A stretch of DNA of 32,000 nt, from positions 2,490,001 through 2,522,000 of the forward strand of contig OZ245049.1 of NCBI GenBank assembly GCA_965224465.1. The letters are read 5' to 3'. Of the stretch, positions 1 to 9,476 are shown piece after piece (positions within the stretch are counted from its first letter, which is position 1; every line of letters starts with the position of its first letter). Made by a program: the position numbers and the translations under genes. Below the pieces are notes generated by a model that searched no databases, was not told where the DNA came from, and was given only the letters and a program-made list of their open reading frames with translations. This DNA comes from Flavobacteriaceae bacterium (GTDB taxonomy: Bacteria; Bacteroidota; Bacteroidia; Flavobacteriales; Flavobacteriaceae).

Positions 1-29
1 AGCAATTACAACGGTTGGTTGTAATTGCT
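1..29 (+). promoter_or_regulatory. Stem-loop upstream of atpF, probably an atpE-atpF intercistronic hairpin or attenuator
   Basis: AGCAATTACAAC (1-12) pairs perfectly with GTTGTAATTGCT (18-29) around a 5-nt loop, followed by A/T-rich sequence. It lies 44 nt before the atpF start. Its upstream context is cut off by the window edge. Confidence 0.3.
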
Positions 30-72
30 ATTTATTTAAAAAAATTAAACAACATTAAACGATTATCGAACG

Positions 73-570
73 ATGGAAAAATTAATGAATGACTTTTCTT
101 TAGGCTTATTTGTCTATATGGGCCTAATCTTTATTTTCTTAGTTTTATTGTTAAAGAAATTAGCGTGGAAACCTATTTTAGATGCAGTTAATGAAAGAGA
201 AGACGGAATTAGAGATGCATTAGCAGCAGCAGAGAACGCAAAGAAAGAATTAGAAAATTTAAACGCAGACAACGAACGTATTTTAAAAGAAGCGCGTGCA
301 GAACGTGATGCCTTATTAAAAGATGCTCGTGAGATGAAAGATACAATTATTTCAGAAGCAAAAACAGCTGCCAAAGAACAACAAAACATAATTGTTGAAC
401 AAGCTAAAGTAGCCATCGAGAGCGAAAAGCAAGCAGCCATAGCTGACATCAAAAAACAAGTAGCTACCTTATCTATTGCAATTGCAGAGAAAGTAATACG
501 TAAAGAATTAGCAAGTGACGAAAAGCAAGCAAGTTTAGTCGCCGACATGTTAAAAGAAGTCAACATTTAA
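73..570 (+). CDS. atpF: F0F1 ATP synthase subunit b
   Basis: 165 aa with one N-terminal TM helix, then a long charged Ala/Glu/Lys-rich helical region. It sits directly upstream of the delta, alpha and gamma genes. Confidence 0.85.
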   Translation: MEKLMNDFSLGLFVYMGLIFIFLVLLLKKLAWKPILDAVNEREDGIRDALAAAENAKKELENLNADNERILKEARAERDALLKDAREMKDTIISEAKTAAKEQQNIIVEQAKVAIESEKQAAIADIKKQVATLSIAIAEKVIRKELASDEKQASLVADMLKEVNI

Positions 571-580
571 TAAGTGTACA

Positions 581-1120
581 ATGAGTGAAACAAGAGCAGC
601 AATCCGCTACGCTAAAGCAATGTTAAGTTTTGCACAAGACAAGCAAAACGAAGATGCAATATTTGACGACATGTCGTTAGTAATTGCTACTGTTGAACAA
701 ACTGTAGCCTTAAAACAATTGCTTTCTAGCCCCGTTGTTAAAAGTGATGTAAAGCAAAACATCTTAACCAAAATTTTTGGTGAAGCAACAACAGAAGCTA
801 CTGCAAGTTTGATACAATTATTAATCAAAAATAAACGTTTGCCTATTTTGGAAGAAGTAGCCAAGCAATATATTGTTTTATACGATAAGTTAAAAGGAAA
901 AGAGGTTGCTATTGTTACCACAGCAATCCCATTAACCGAAGCGTTAAATACACAAGTATTAGCCAAAGTAAAAGAAATTACAGGCAAAGAAGCAATAATT
1001 AAAAACACGATAGACCCAACCATTATTGGAGGTTTTATCTTACGCATAGGAGATGTACAATACGATGCAAGTATTGCAAACAAACTAAGTGCATTAAAAC
1101 AAGAATTTACTCAAAACTAA
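581..1120 (+). CDS. atpH: F0F1 ATP synthase subunit delta (OSCP)
   Basis: 179 aa, located between subunit b and alpha. Size and C-terminal region (GGFILRIGDVQYDASI) are typical of delta/OSCP. Confidence 0.85.
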   Translation: MSETRAAIRYAKAMLSFAQDKQNEDAIFDDMSLVIATVEQTVALKQLLSSPVVKSDVKQNILTKIFGEATTEATASLIQLLIKNKRLPILEEVAKQYIVLYDKLKGKEVAIVTTAIPLTEALNTQVLAKVKEITGKEAIIKNTIDPTIIGGFILRIGDVQYDASIANKLSALKQEFTQN

Positions 1121-1151
1121 TCAAATTAGATTCGTTTAAAAATAACTAAAA

Positions 1152-2732
1152 ATGGCAGCAATAAAACCAGCTGAAGTTTCAGCAATTTTAAAAGAACAAT
1201 TATCTGGGTTCGATGCATCAGCCTCTCTAGACGAAGTAGGAACAGTACTTCAAATAGGTGATGGAATTGCTCGTGTACACGGACTTTCTAATGTACAGTA
1301 TGGAGAGCTCGTTGAATTTGCAACAGGCTTAGAAGGTATTGTATTGAACTTAGAAGAAGACAATGTAGGAGTTGTATTACTAGGTGATTCAGTAGAAATT
1401 AAAGAAGGAGCTATCGTAAAACGTACCGAAAGAATTGCCTCTATCAATGTAGGTGATGGAATTTCTGGTCGTGTGGTAGATACTTTAGGAAATCCTATCG
1501 ATGGAAAAGGACCTATTGTAGGAGAAACTTTCCAAATGCCACTAGAGCGTAAAGCGCCAGGAGTATTATTTCGTCAACCTGTAACAGAGCCATTACAAAC
1601 TGGTATTAAAGCAATAGACGCCATGATCCCTATAGGACGTGGACAACGTGAGCTTATTATTGGTGACCGTCAAACTGGTAAATCTACCGTGGCGATCGAT
1701 ACAATTATCAATCAAAAAGAATTTTACGATGCAGGGGAACCTGTATTTTGTATCTATGTAGCTATTGGACAAAAAGCTTCTACTGTAGCAGGAATTGCTC
1801 AAATGTTAGAAGAAAAAGGTGCCATGGCTTATACAACTATCGTTGCAGCAAATGCATCAGATCCAGCAGCAATGCAAGTGTATGCTCCAATGGCGGGTGC
1901 GTCTATTGGTGAGTACTTTAGAGACACTGGTCGTCCTGCATTAATTGTATTTGATGATTTGTCTAAACAAGCCGTAGCTTACCGTGAAATTTCATTATTA
2001 CTACGTCGCCCACCGGGACGTGAAGCATACCCTGGAGATGTATTTTACTTACATTCACGTTTATTAGAACGTTCTGCAAAAATAATCAACAACGATAAAA
2101 TTGCAGCACAAATGAACGATGTTCCAGACTCTTTAAAAGGAAAAATTAAAGGAGGAGGATCTTTAACTGCTTTGCCAATTATTGAAACGCAAGCAGGAGA
2201 TGTATCAGCATATATCCCAACAAACGTAATTTCGATTACCGATGGTCAAATTTTCTTAGATGGAGATTTGTTTAACTCTGGAGTAAGACCCGCTATTAAC
2301 GTAGGTATTTCTGTATCTCGTGTAGGAGGAAATGCGCAGATAAAATCGATGAAAAAAGTAGCTGGTACACTTAAATTAGACCAAGCTCAATACCGTGAAT
2401 TGGAAGCATTTGCTAAGTTTGGATCAGATTTAGACGCTGCTACCTTAAACGTAATTGAAAAAGGACAACGCAACGTGGAAATTCTAAAGCAAAATTTAGC
2501 AGATCCATTTACTGTGGAAGATCAAATTGCGATTATATACGCTGGTTCTAAAAACCTGTTAAAAACAGTACCTGTAAAAAAAGTAAAAGAATTCGAAATA
2601 GAATACCTCGCTTTCTTAAACGCTAAACACAGAGATACTATGGAGACGTTAAAATCAGGAAAATTAACGGATGCAACCATCGATGTTTTAACAAAAGTAG
2701 CAAAAGATATATCCTCTAAATACGAGGCATAA
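1152..2732 (+). CDS. atpA: F0F1 ATP synthase subunit alpha
   Basis: 526 aa with Walker [10 protein letters not shown]. Conserved F1-alpha blocks run throughout (e.g. [27 protein letters not shown]). Confidence 0.97.
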   Translation: MAAIKPAEVSAILKEQLSGFDASASLDEVGTVLQIGDGIARVHGLSNVQYGELVEFATGLEGIVLNLEEDNVGVVLLGDSVEIKEGAIVKRTERIASINVGDGISGRVVDTLGNPIDGKGPIVGETFQMPLERKAPGVLFRQPVTEPLQTGIKAIDAMIPIGRGQRELIIGDRQTGKSTVAIDTIINQKEFYDAGEPVFCIYVAIGQKASTVAGIAQMLEEKGAMAYTTIVAANASDPAAMQVYAPMAGASIGEYFRDTGRPALIVFDDLSKQAVAYREISLLLRRPPGREAYPGDVFYLHSRLLERSAKIINNDKIAAQMNDVPDSLKGKIKGGGSLTALPIIETQAGDVSAYIPTNVISITDGQIFLDGDLFNSGVRPAINVGISVSRVGGNAQIKSMKKVAGTLKLDQAQYRELEAFAKFGSDLDAATLNVIEKGQRNVEILKQNLADPFTVEDQIAIIYAGSKNLLKTVPVKKVKEFEIEYLAFLNAKHRDTMETLKSGKLTDATIDVLTKVAKDISSKYEA

Positions 2733-2748
2733 TATATATTTAAACTGA

Positions 2749-2786
2749 TACTCTTAAGGCTTACAACAATGTAAATCTTAAGAGTA
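2749..2786 (+). promoter_or_regulatory. Intercistronic hairpin in the 103-nt atpA-atpG spacer
   Basis: TACTCTTAAG (2749-2758) pairs with CTTAAGAGTA (2777-2786), a 10-bp perfect stem with an 18-nt loop and no clear T-run. Further CTCTTAA/TCTTAAG copies occur at 2811 and 2827. Confidence 0.3.
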
Positions 2787-2835
2787 CTGTTTTAAAGATA
2801 CCAATATAAACTCTTAACATACTTAGTCTTAAGAT

Positions 2836-3696
2836 ATGGCAAATTTAAAAGAAATACGCAACAGAATCGCGTCCATTGGTTCAACCATGCAAATTACCAA
2901 AGCCATGAAAATGGTTTCGGCGGCAAAGTTGAAAAAAGCACAAGACGCTATCACACAAATGCGTCCGTATGCTAACAAATTGACCGAATTATTGCAAAAT
3001 CTAAGCGCTTCGCTTGATGATGATGCTACTGGCGTATATGCTACTCAAAGAGAAGTATCCAAAGTATTACTCGTTGTAATTACATCCAACCGTGGATTGT
3101 GTGGAGGTTTTAATTCATCTATAGTTAAAACAACCAAGAAACACATCGCTAAAAATTACATAGGTAAAAACATTGACTTATTTACTATCGGTAAAAAAGG
3201 GGATGCTATTTTAACAAAGGAGTTGCATGTAATAGAAAATAACATTTCTATTTTTGACGACCTTACTTTTGATAATACTGCTGTAATTGCAGAAAGTTTG
3301 ATGAAGCAATTTACAGAAGGGAATTACGATAAGATTGAACTAATTTACAACCGTTTCAAAAATGCTGCCACACAAATTGCAACTGTTGAACAATTTTTAC
3401 CAATCAAACCTATAGAAGGTGGTGAAAAAATAAACACCGATTACCTTTTTGAACCTTCGAAATCTGAAATTATTTTGGAGCTAATTCCTAAATCATTAAA
3501 AACACAATTGTACAAAGCTATTCGTGATTCTTATGCCTCTGAGCACGGAGCACGTATGACAGCAATGCACAAAGCAACAGATAACGCCACGGAGTTACGT
3601 AATGATTTAAAATTAACGTATAACAAAGCAAGACAAGCTGCTATTACCAACGAAATTTTAGAAATTGTAGGAGGTGCGGAAGCATTAAATGGTTAA
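2836..3696 (+). CDS. atpG: F0F1 ATP synthase subunit gamma
   Basis: 286 aa. The N-terminus MANLKEIRNRI...TKAMKMVSAAKL and C-terminus ITNEILEIVGGAEAL are characteristic of gamma. Confidence 0.95.
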   Translation: MANLKEIRNRIASIGSTMQITKAMKMVSAAKLKKAQDAITQMRPYANKLTELLQNLSASLDDDATGVYATQREVSKVLLVVITSNRGLCGGFNSSIVKTTKKHIAKNYIGKNIDLFTIGKKGDAILTKELHVIENNISIFDDLTFDNTAVIAESLMKQFTEGNYDKIELIYNRFKNAATQIATVEQFLPIKPIEGGEKINTDYLFEPSKSEIILELIPKSLKTQLYKAIRDSYASEHGARMTAMHKATDNATELRNDLKLTYNKARQAAITNEILEIVGGAEALNG

Positions 3697-3720
3697 TTTC
3701 TAATCACATATTTTTAAAAA

Positions 3721-3749
3721 AGCGTATCTGAAAGGATACGCTTTTTTTT
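3721..3749 (+). terminator. Rho-independent terminator after atpG (bidirectional architecture)
   Basis: AGCGTATC (3721-3728) pairs with GATACGCT (3735-3742) around a 6-nt loop, followed by a T8 run and preceded by A5. Confidence 0.8.
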
Positions 3750-3774
3750 GCATTTAGATTTCGTCAAACCAACA

Positions 3775-3895
3775 GTCATACCAAATACATTTCAAAGTGA
3801 GGGTTTAGAAATGGAATTAATTTTTGTTTTAACTAGGCGAAAAACATAAGGATAGCCTTCGCTATCGTTCTGTGTTTTAACAACGTTAAAACAAA
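3775..3895 (+). repeat. Dispersed structured repeat, copy A (orientation defined as +)
   Basis: Aligns by eye to the reverse complement of copies C and D: GTCATACCAAATACATTTCAAAGTGAGGGTTTAGAAATGGAATTA...AACTAGGCGAAAAA...GGATAGCCTTCGCTATCGTTCTGTGTTTTAACAACG. It contains the CATTTC...GAAATG hairpin and the GATAGC-CTTC-GCTATC hairpin. The tail up to about 3937 is diverged. Confidence 0.7.
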
Positions 3896-4000
3896 AGAAG
3901 TACTGAAGCAGCCTAAGGTATTTCACCTGGATACTATAAAATGAAGTACCTAAAACACGCCATTACATAAAACATGTTTTTTTATTCTCTCCAAGTTTGT

Positions 4001-4008
4001 TATATTTG
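4001..4008 (+). promoter_or_regulatory. Candidate Bacteroidota -7 box (TATATTTG) for the 4060 lipoprotein gene
   Basis: Matches the TAnnTTTG consensus 51 nt upstream of the ATG. No clear -33 element. Confidence 0.3.
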
Positions 4009-4059
4009 AATACAACAATATGGCATAATAAATGCCACTAGTACCCATAAAAAATACCT

Positions 4060-4539
4060 ATGAAAAATATAAAAACCATCAGTTTAATTCTTGTATTACC
4101 TATCGTTTTAATCAGCTTTGCACAATGTGCTAGCAACAAACCTTACAAACTTCAAAAAACAGCTCCGTTTACCGTAAAACAAGCGGTTAGCCAAGTTTAC
4201 TTAGGAGGACGACAAGGAAACAAAGGAGAGCAGTTAACAATAAGTATAAGCGACAAAAGCATTGTTTTAGACAGTCTGTTTTACAAAAACAGAAAACTTA
4301 AACTGCACCTAAATCAAGAAGGCAACTATACAGCAAAACTCAGATTATCTACCGAGAAACAGCTTACCATGCATGAAAGCCCAATAGAAGAATACGGGAA
4401 TAAAGCTCCTGTAATAGCTGATAAAATCCCCTTCGACTTAAAAGAAAAAGAAGCTGTAATCAGTTATCTTAAAAACAACAATATATACTATTATAACATA
4501 GGTAATATATCCAAAGGCAAAGTGATTATATATCCATAA
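4060..4539 (+). CDS. Hypothetical lipoprotein
   Basis: 159 aa with an N-terminal signal peptide ending in a lipobox-like SFAQC. I recognise no family. Confidence 0.6.
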   Translation: MKNIKTISLILVLPIVLISFAQCASNKPYKLQKTAPFTVKQAVSQVYLGGRQGNKGEQLTISISDKSIVLDSLFYKNRKLKLHLNQEGNYTAKLRLSTEKQLTMHESPIEEYGNKAPVIADKIPFDLKEKEAVISYLKNNNIYYYNIGNISKGKVIIYP

Positions 4540-4569
4540 TAATAGCATAAAACAAACCATTCAAACACG

Positions 4570-4596
4570 AAAAAGCAGCCAATTGGCTGCTTTTTT
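4570..4596. terminator. Bidirectional terminator between the convergent lipoprotein gene and rseP
   Basis: A5, then GCAGCC-AATT-GGCTGC (a perfect palindrome with its flanking A:T pairs, 4574-4591), then T6. Confidence 0.75.
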
Positions 4597-4616
4597 ATTT
4601 TATTTGTAAAATTATT

Positions 4617-5930
4617 TTACTGAAACAACTTCACAATATCATTTCCATTCGCCAATAACATCAATGCAAGTAAAAAGATAATTCCTGCCATCTGTGCATA
4701 TTCTAAAAATTTATCATTTGGTTTACGCCCTGTAATCATTTCAAACAATGTAAATACTACATGACCACCATCCAATGCTGGGATAGGTAATAAATTCATA
4801 AACCCTAACATAATAGATAAAAAGGCGGTAATTTCCCAAAATGCATGCCAGCTCCAAGTCCCTGGGAATATCTTACCAATAGAGATAAAACCTCCGATAC
4901 TCGTGGCTCCTTTTTTAGTAAATACATACGTAAACTGAGCAACGTAATCTTTCAACTTCCATATTGCTCTACTGGTACCTTCTACGATACTCTCCCCAAA
5001 CGTAAAACTTGTTCTTTGAATTGAAACTGCATCTCCATTGCTTATATTGACACCTACAAAGTGATCATCTCCTAAAACGACCTGAATTTCCTGTTCCTGA
5101 CCATTTCTATTGATACGCATAATTACAGGATTATCCGCTACCAATACCTCACGTTGAAAATCGTTCCAATAGCCCGTTGAATGGTTATTAACTTTTAGGA
5201 TGACGTCTCCCGTTTTAAGACCTGCTTTTTGTGCTGGACTGTTAGGCACTATAGAATCTAAGACTGTTAAAACACGTGGTTTAAAAGGCAACATATTTCC
5301 CTCTGCCCACATCATTTTACCAATATCACTAGGAATGGCAATACTTTTTATAGTTCCATCTTGTTTTTTTACTTCAACAGAATTCACATCTCTTAAAAAC
5401 AGATACATATTAATATCTTTCACATCTTTAAAAGGAGCATTGTTTACAGTCGTAATTTTATCTCCATCTTCAAAACCTAATTTATGAAAGGTTTCTGTGG
5501 TAGCAAATCCATATTTAATATCATCTGTAGCAGAAAAGCTTCCGCCCCATACAAACACGATCATTATATATATAAATCCTCCTAAAAGGAAATTAACAAT
5601 CACACCTCCTAGCATAATAATTAAACGTTGCCAAGCTGGTTTAGATCTAAATTCCCATGGTTGTGGCGGCTTTTTCATGGCTTCTGTATCCATGCTTTCA
5701 TCAATCATACCAGCAATTTTCACGTAACCACCTAACGGAATCCATCCAATCCCATACTCGGTACCTCCTATTTTCTTTTTAAAGATCGAAAATTTATAAT
5801 CAAAAAATAAATAGAATTTCTCTACCCGTGTTTTAAATAATTTTGCAGGTATAAAATGCCCCAATTCGTGTAACACGATTAAAAATGATAAGCTCAATAT
5901 AAACTGAGCTGCTTTAATTATAATTTCCAT
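4617..5930 (-). CDS. rseP: RIP metalloprotease RseP (site-2 protease, M50 family)
   Basis: 437 aa with an HELGH zinc motif in the first TM region, a PDZ-like central segment, and the NLLPIPALDGGH motif near the C-terminus. Confidence 0.9.
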   Translation of the reverse strand: MEIIIKAAQFILSLSFLIVLHELGHFIPAKLFKTRVEKFYLFFDYKFSIFKKKIGGTEYGIGWIPLGGYVKIAGMIDESMDTEAMKKPPQPWEFRSKPAWQRLIIMLGGVIVNFLLGGFIYIMIVFVWGGSFSATDDIKYGFATTETFHKLGFEDGDKITTVNNAPFKDVKDINMYLFLRDVNSVEVKKQDGTIKSIAIPSDIGKMMWAEGNMLPFKPRVLTVLDSIVPNSPAQKAGLKTGDVILKVNNHSTGYWNDFQREVLVADNPVIMRINRNGQEQEIQVVLGDDHFVGVNISNGDAVSIQRTSFTFGESIVEGTSRAIWKLKDYVAQFTYVFTKKGATSIGGFISIGKIFPGTWSWHAFWEITAFLSIMLGFMNLLPIPALDGGHVVFTLFEMITGRKPNDKFLEYAQMAGIIFLLALMLLANGNDIVKLFQ

Positions 5931-6218
5931 AAATAAGTTTCAATATTCTTTTTAAAAAACGTCCAAATGTACGCTTTTAATAATGGATGTAAAAACAGGA
6001 CTACAACCGTCCAAATCATTTAACAAAGTATTGGTAATATTCACATATTTTAGACTAATTTTGTATAAAATTATAGTTAGTACTTTTTAGAAATAAAGAA
6101 ACGATTTTGTGTGTTTTCAATACCAACTCGTTTGATTTCCCTAAGTAAAGGAACAAAAACCTCTAGCAGCAAAGCGCAACAAATAGATGCTAACTATCAC
6201 GCGTTAAAAAAAGATCAA

Positions 6219-6893
6219 ATGCCTAAAAATTCATTAAAAAAATCCATTCCTATATTAGCAGTAATGGCGACACTATCGATCGGAATGATCTGGTTAATTT
6301 ACATGCTACTTACACCACAAAAAAAACTTCCTATTTACAACCCTGCAGACGTAAATCCAAGATTGGTAGACCAAAGCATTAAACATGTACGACGCAACCA
6401 TAAGATTGCAGATTTTAGTCTGATCAATCAAAACGGAGATACGATAACGCAACAGGATTATAAAAACCATATATATGTGGCGGATTTCTTTTTTACACGC
6501 TGTCAAACAATATGTCCTATTATGGGAACTAACATGGCTAAATTACAATCTCATTTTGCAAATGACACTTCCATTCGGTTTTTATCACATTCAGTAACTC
6601 CCGAAATGGATAGCGTTTCCGTATTAAAAAAATATGCTATTAAACAAGGCGTCAACGATGCCGTATGGAATATAACAACAGGAGACAAAAAACACATCTA
6701 CGAATTGGCACGTAAAAGTTATTTTGCAGTCTTAGATGAAGGAGATGGAGGCACACAAGATTTTATCCATACAGAAAACTTTATTTTAATAGATACAAAA
6801 CGGCAAATTCGTGGATTTTACGATGGCACAGATCAAAAGGATATGAATCGATTAATTGCAGACATAGAACTCCTAAAGACAGAAACAAAATAA
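6219..6893 (+). CDS. SCO1/SenC family thioredoxin-fold copper chaperone
   Basis: CxxxC motif CQTICP followed by a conserved His region, plus an N-terminal TM anchor. The ORF is open from GTG 6111, but ATG 6219 gives the usual ~224 aa, so the start is uncertain. Confidence 0.8.
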   Translation: MPKNSLKKSIPILAVMATLSIGMIWLIYMLLTPQKKLPIYNPADVNPRLVDQSIKHVRRNHKIADFSLINQNGDTITQQDYKNHIYVADFFFTRCQTICPIMGTNMAKLQSHFANDTSIRFLSHSVTPEMDSVSVLKKYAIKQGVNDAVWNITTGDKKHIYELARKSYFAVLDEGDGGTQDFIHTENFILIDTKRQIRGFYDGTDQKDMNRLIADIELLKTETK

Positions 6894-6911
6894 ATCTGAC
6901 AACTATCTTAC

Positions 6912-6940
6912 ATTAGAATAATTCTAATTTACTATATTTG
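6912..6940 (+). promoter_or_regulatory. feoAB promoter region: 17-bp palindrome (candidate Fur-type operator) abutting a TATATTTG -7 box
   Basis: ATTAGAAT-A-ATTCTAAT (6912-6928) is a perfect 8+1+8 palindrome. TATATTTG is at 6933-6940, about 30 nt upstream of the feoA ATG. Confidence 0.45.
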
Positions 6941-6969
6941 CCTTTAATTTAATCTCATTCTTAATTAAC

Positions 6970-7194
6970 ATGCTTACAATTGCACAATTAAACATAGGTG
7001 AACGAGGAATCATAGAACGTTTTTTATTCGATAACGTTCCGTTGCAATTACTAGAAATGGGATGCCTGCCAGGACAGGAGGTTACACTTATCCAAAAGGC
7101 ACCATTACACGACCCCTTATATATTACCGTAAATGGCAGTCACATAGCCATCAGAAAAGAAACCGCAGCGCAAATACAAATTACTAAGCTTTAG
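6970..7194 (+). CDS. feoA: Ferrous iron transport protein A
   Basis: 74 aa FeoA-like small protein, 3 nt upstream of feoB. Confidence 0.85.
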   Translation: MLTIAQLNIGERGIIERFLFDNVPLQLLEMGCLPGQEVTLIQKAPLHDPLYITVNGSHIAIRKETAAQIQITKL

Positions 7195-7197
7195 TTT

Positions 7198-9309
7198 ATG
7201 TCACATACCTCGCCTCTTAAAGTGGCTTTAGTAGGAAACCCTAACACTGGAAAAACATCTTTATTTAACCAGTTAACGGGACTCAATCAAAAAGTAGGAA
7301 ATTACCCTGGAATTACAGTAGACAGAAAACAAGGGAGCTGCAAATTAGACCTGGAGCATGCTGCAATCATCACAGATTTACCAGGAACCTATAGCATTAA
7401 CCCAACATCATTAGATGAAACCATAGTACTAGAAACCTTACTAGACAACTCTAATGACTCCTATCCTGATGCCATTATAGTAGTCGCAGAAATAGAAAAC
7501 TTAAAAAGAAACCTCTTACTATTTTCGCAAATAAAGGAATTAAAAATACCTAGTATTTTGGTTATAAATATGGCCGATCAACTAGAGAAAAAAGGAATAT
7601 CCATAGATATTGAAGCTTTAAAGAAGGAGTTAAAAACAGACGTTCTTTTAATTAGTGCTCGTAAAAAAGAGGGATTAGAAGCTTTAAAAAAAGCATTAAT
7701 CAACTACAAAACATGGGACAAAGCTCCCTTATTAAACATCTCAGAAAAAATAGATGCCGTTTTTTTTAATGAGATATCAGAAAAATTCACAGAAATTCCT
7801 TTTTACAAAGCATGGTTATTTATCACCCAACAAAACTATTGCCCATTTCTATCTCAAGAAATGCACAAACGTATCGATGAAATAAAAAGGAAAAATAGTA
7901 CCATAAAACAATTACAACATAAAGAAACCATATATCGCTATCAAAAGATAAACGAGATACTAAAAAAAACATACCAAGTAGACAAATCTAAGGCTACTGG
8001 AATCAGGGCTACTCTAGACAAAGTTTTAACACATCACATATTCGGATATGTGATATTTACCGCTATCTTATTCTTAATATTTCAATCTATTTTTGACTGG
8101 GCAAGCATCCCTATGGATTTTATAGATCAATTGTTTGCAGATATTAGCTCCTATGCAAAAACCAATTTACCAGACGGAGTATTTACCAATCTAATTACAG
8201 AGGGTATCATCCCTGGTATTGGAGGTGTGGTCATATTTATCCCTCAAATTGCCATCTTGTTTTTATTTATTGCCACTTTAGAAGAAACAGGTTACATGAG
8301 TCGTGTTGTTTTTCTGATGGATAAAATTATGCGCCGTTTTGGAATGAGTGGAAAGAGCGTTATTCCACTAATATCCGGAACTGCCTGTTCCATTCCCGCC
8401 ATCATGGCAGCTAGAAACATCAGTGGATGGAAAGAACGGTTGATTACTATTTTAGTAACACCATTTACCACCTGTTCTGCAAGAATACCAGTATATGCCA
8501 TCATAATTTCTCTAATTATTCCTGACGAAAAAGTACTGGGAATATTTAATTTACAAGGACTCACCTTATTTGCTTTATATGTCTTAGGATTTGCATCGGC
8601 CATCTTATCTGCTATGATATTAAACCGGATCTTAAAAACAAAACAACGCTCGTTTTTTATCATAGAAATGCCGAGCTACAAAATCCCGTCCATTAAAAAT
8701 CTATTCTTTACAGTACTAGAAAAAACAAAAGCATTTGTGTTTGGAGCTGGTAAAATTATCTTGGCACTCTCCATAGTATTATGGTTTTTAGCCTCTAGTG
8801 GCCCTAAAGCATATAAAAACGCCGAAACCACCGTGCGTGCTCAAGTTCAAAACCAACAACTGACGGAAGAAGAATTGGCACATGAAATAGCCTCTTTCAA
8901 ACTGGAGAATTCCTATATTGGTATCATGGGAAAAGCAATAGAACCAGCAATTAGACCTTTAGGTTACGATTGGAAAATAGGAATTGCGTTAATCAGTTCT
9001 TTTGCCGCTCGTGAAGTGTTTGTTGGAACCCTAGCAACCATTTACAGTGTAGGAGATGACGGAGAAGATACCGCAACAATAAAACAACGAATGCGTGCCG
9101 AAATAAACCCTATAACAGGAGAAAAACAATTCAATTTGGCATCTGGAATGTCCTTAATGATGTACTATGTATTTGCCATGCAATGCATCGGAACACTCGC
9201 CATTGTAAAAAGAGAAACCAACAGTTGGAAATGGCCTATATTACAAGTAGTCGGAATGGGAATACTTGCCTATGTATCAGCCATGCTTACCTATTTAATT
9301 TTAAGCTAA
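7198..9309 (+). CDS. feoB: Ferrous iron transporter B
   Basis: 703 aa with an N-terminal G-domain (GNPNTGKTS, DLPGTYS, NMAD) and a polytopic C-terminal permease. Confidence 0.95.
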   Translation: MSHTSPLKVALVGNPNTGKTSLFNQLTGLNQKVGNYPGITVDRKQGSCKLDLEHAAIITDLPGTYSINPTSLDETIVLETLLDNSNDSYPDAIIVVAEIENLKRNLLLFSQIKELKIPSILVINMADQLEKKGISIDIEALKKELKTDVLLISARKKEGLEALKKALINYKTWDKAPLLNISEKIDAVFFNEISEKFTEIPFYKAWLFITQQNYCPFLSQEMHKRIDEIKRKNSTIKQLQHKETIYRYQKINEILKKTYQVDKSKATGIRATLDKVLTHHIFGYVIFTAILFLIFQSIFDWASIPMDFIDQLFADISSYAKTNLPDGVFTNLITEGIIPGIGGVVIFIPQIAILFLFIATLEETGYMSRVVFLMDKIMRRFGMSGKSVIPLISGTACSIPAIMAARNISGWKERLITILVTPFTTCSARIPVYAIIISLIIPDEKVLGIFNLQGLTLFALYVLGFASAILSAMILNRILKTKQRSFFIIEMPSYKIPSIKNLFFTVLEKTKAFVFGAGKIILALSIVLWFLASSGPKAYKNAETTVRAQVQNQQLTEEELAHEIASFKLENSYIGIMGKAIEPAIRPLGYDWKIGIALISSFAAREVFVGTLATIYSVGDDGEDTATIKQRMRAEINPITGEKQFNLASGMSLMMYYVFAMQCIGTLAIVKRETNSWKWPILQVVGMGILAYVSAMLTYLILS

Positions 9310-9422
9310 TGCAGGAAATACTCACCTATATCGCATTGGCACTAGCACTCGGATTTTTAGTAAAAAAATACATTATAAAAACTAAAAAGAAAGGGAATTG
9401 TGATGATGATTGTGGTTGCTAA
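9309..9422 (+). CDS. FeoB-associated Cys-rich membrane microprotein
   Basis: 37 aa: one TM helix (ILTYIALALALGFLV), a Lys-rich linker, and a C-terminal CDDDCGC. Its ATG overlaps the feoB stop (TAATG at 9307-9311). The track ORF 9183-9422 is this frame extended back into feoB. Confidence 0.65.
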   Translation: MQEILTYIALALALGFLVKKYIIKTKKKGNCDDDCGC

Positions 9423-9476
9423 AAAAATAGTTTCCACATTTTAACGTTGAATAAAAAAAGTTTTTTAACAAAAATA

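Noticed and set aside
114-1083. Long antisense ORFs (114-566 - and 607-1083 -) opposite atpF and atpH
   Set aside because: They lie entirely within well-supported atp genes on the other strand, have Ser/Ala/Cys/Phe-rich low-complexity translations, and match no recognisable family. These are mirror-frame artefacts.
1250-1802. Short antisense ORFs inside atpA (1250-1447 - and 1593-1802 -)
   Set aside because: They are embedded in the highly conserved atpA frame. No independent signals support them.
3697-3697. Absence of atpD/atpC after atpG as evidence of an operon rearrangement
   Set aside because: In Bacteroidota the beta/epsilon genes are normally located elsewhere. A strong terminator follows atpG, so this is typical of the lineage.
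5200-5727. ORFs 5200-5487 + and 5497-5727 + opposite rseP
   Set aside because: They are antisense to a gene with clear M50 protease motifs, and their translations are low-complexity.
9183-9308. Upstream extension of the Cys-rich microprotein ORF (track start 9183)
   Set aside because: The extension overlaps the 3' end of feoB in another frame. The ATG at 9309 overlapping the feoB stop gives the expected 37-aa product.
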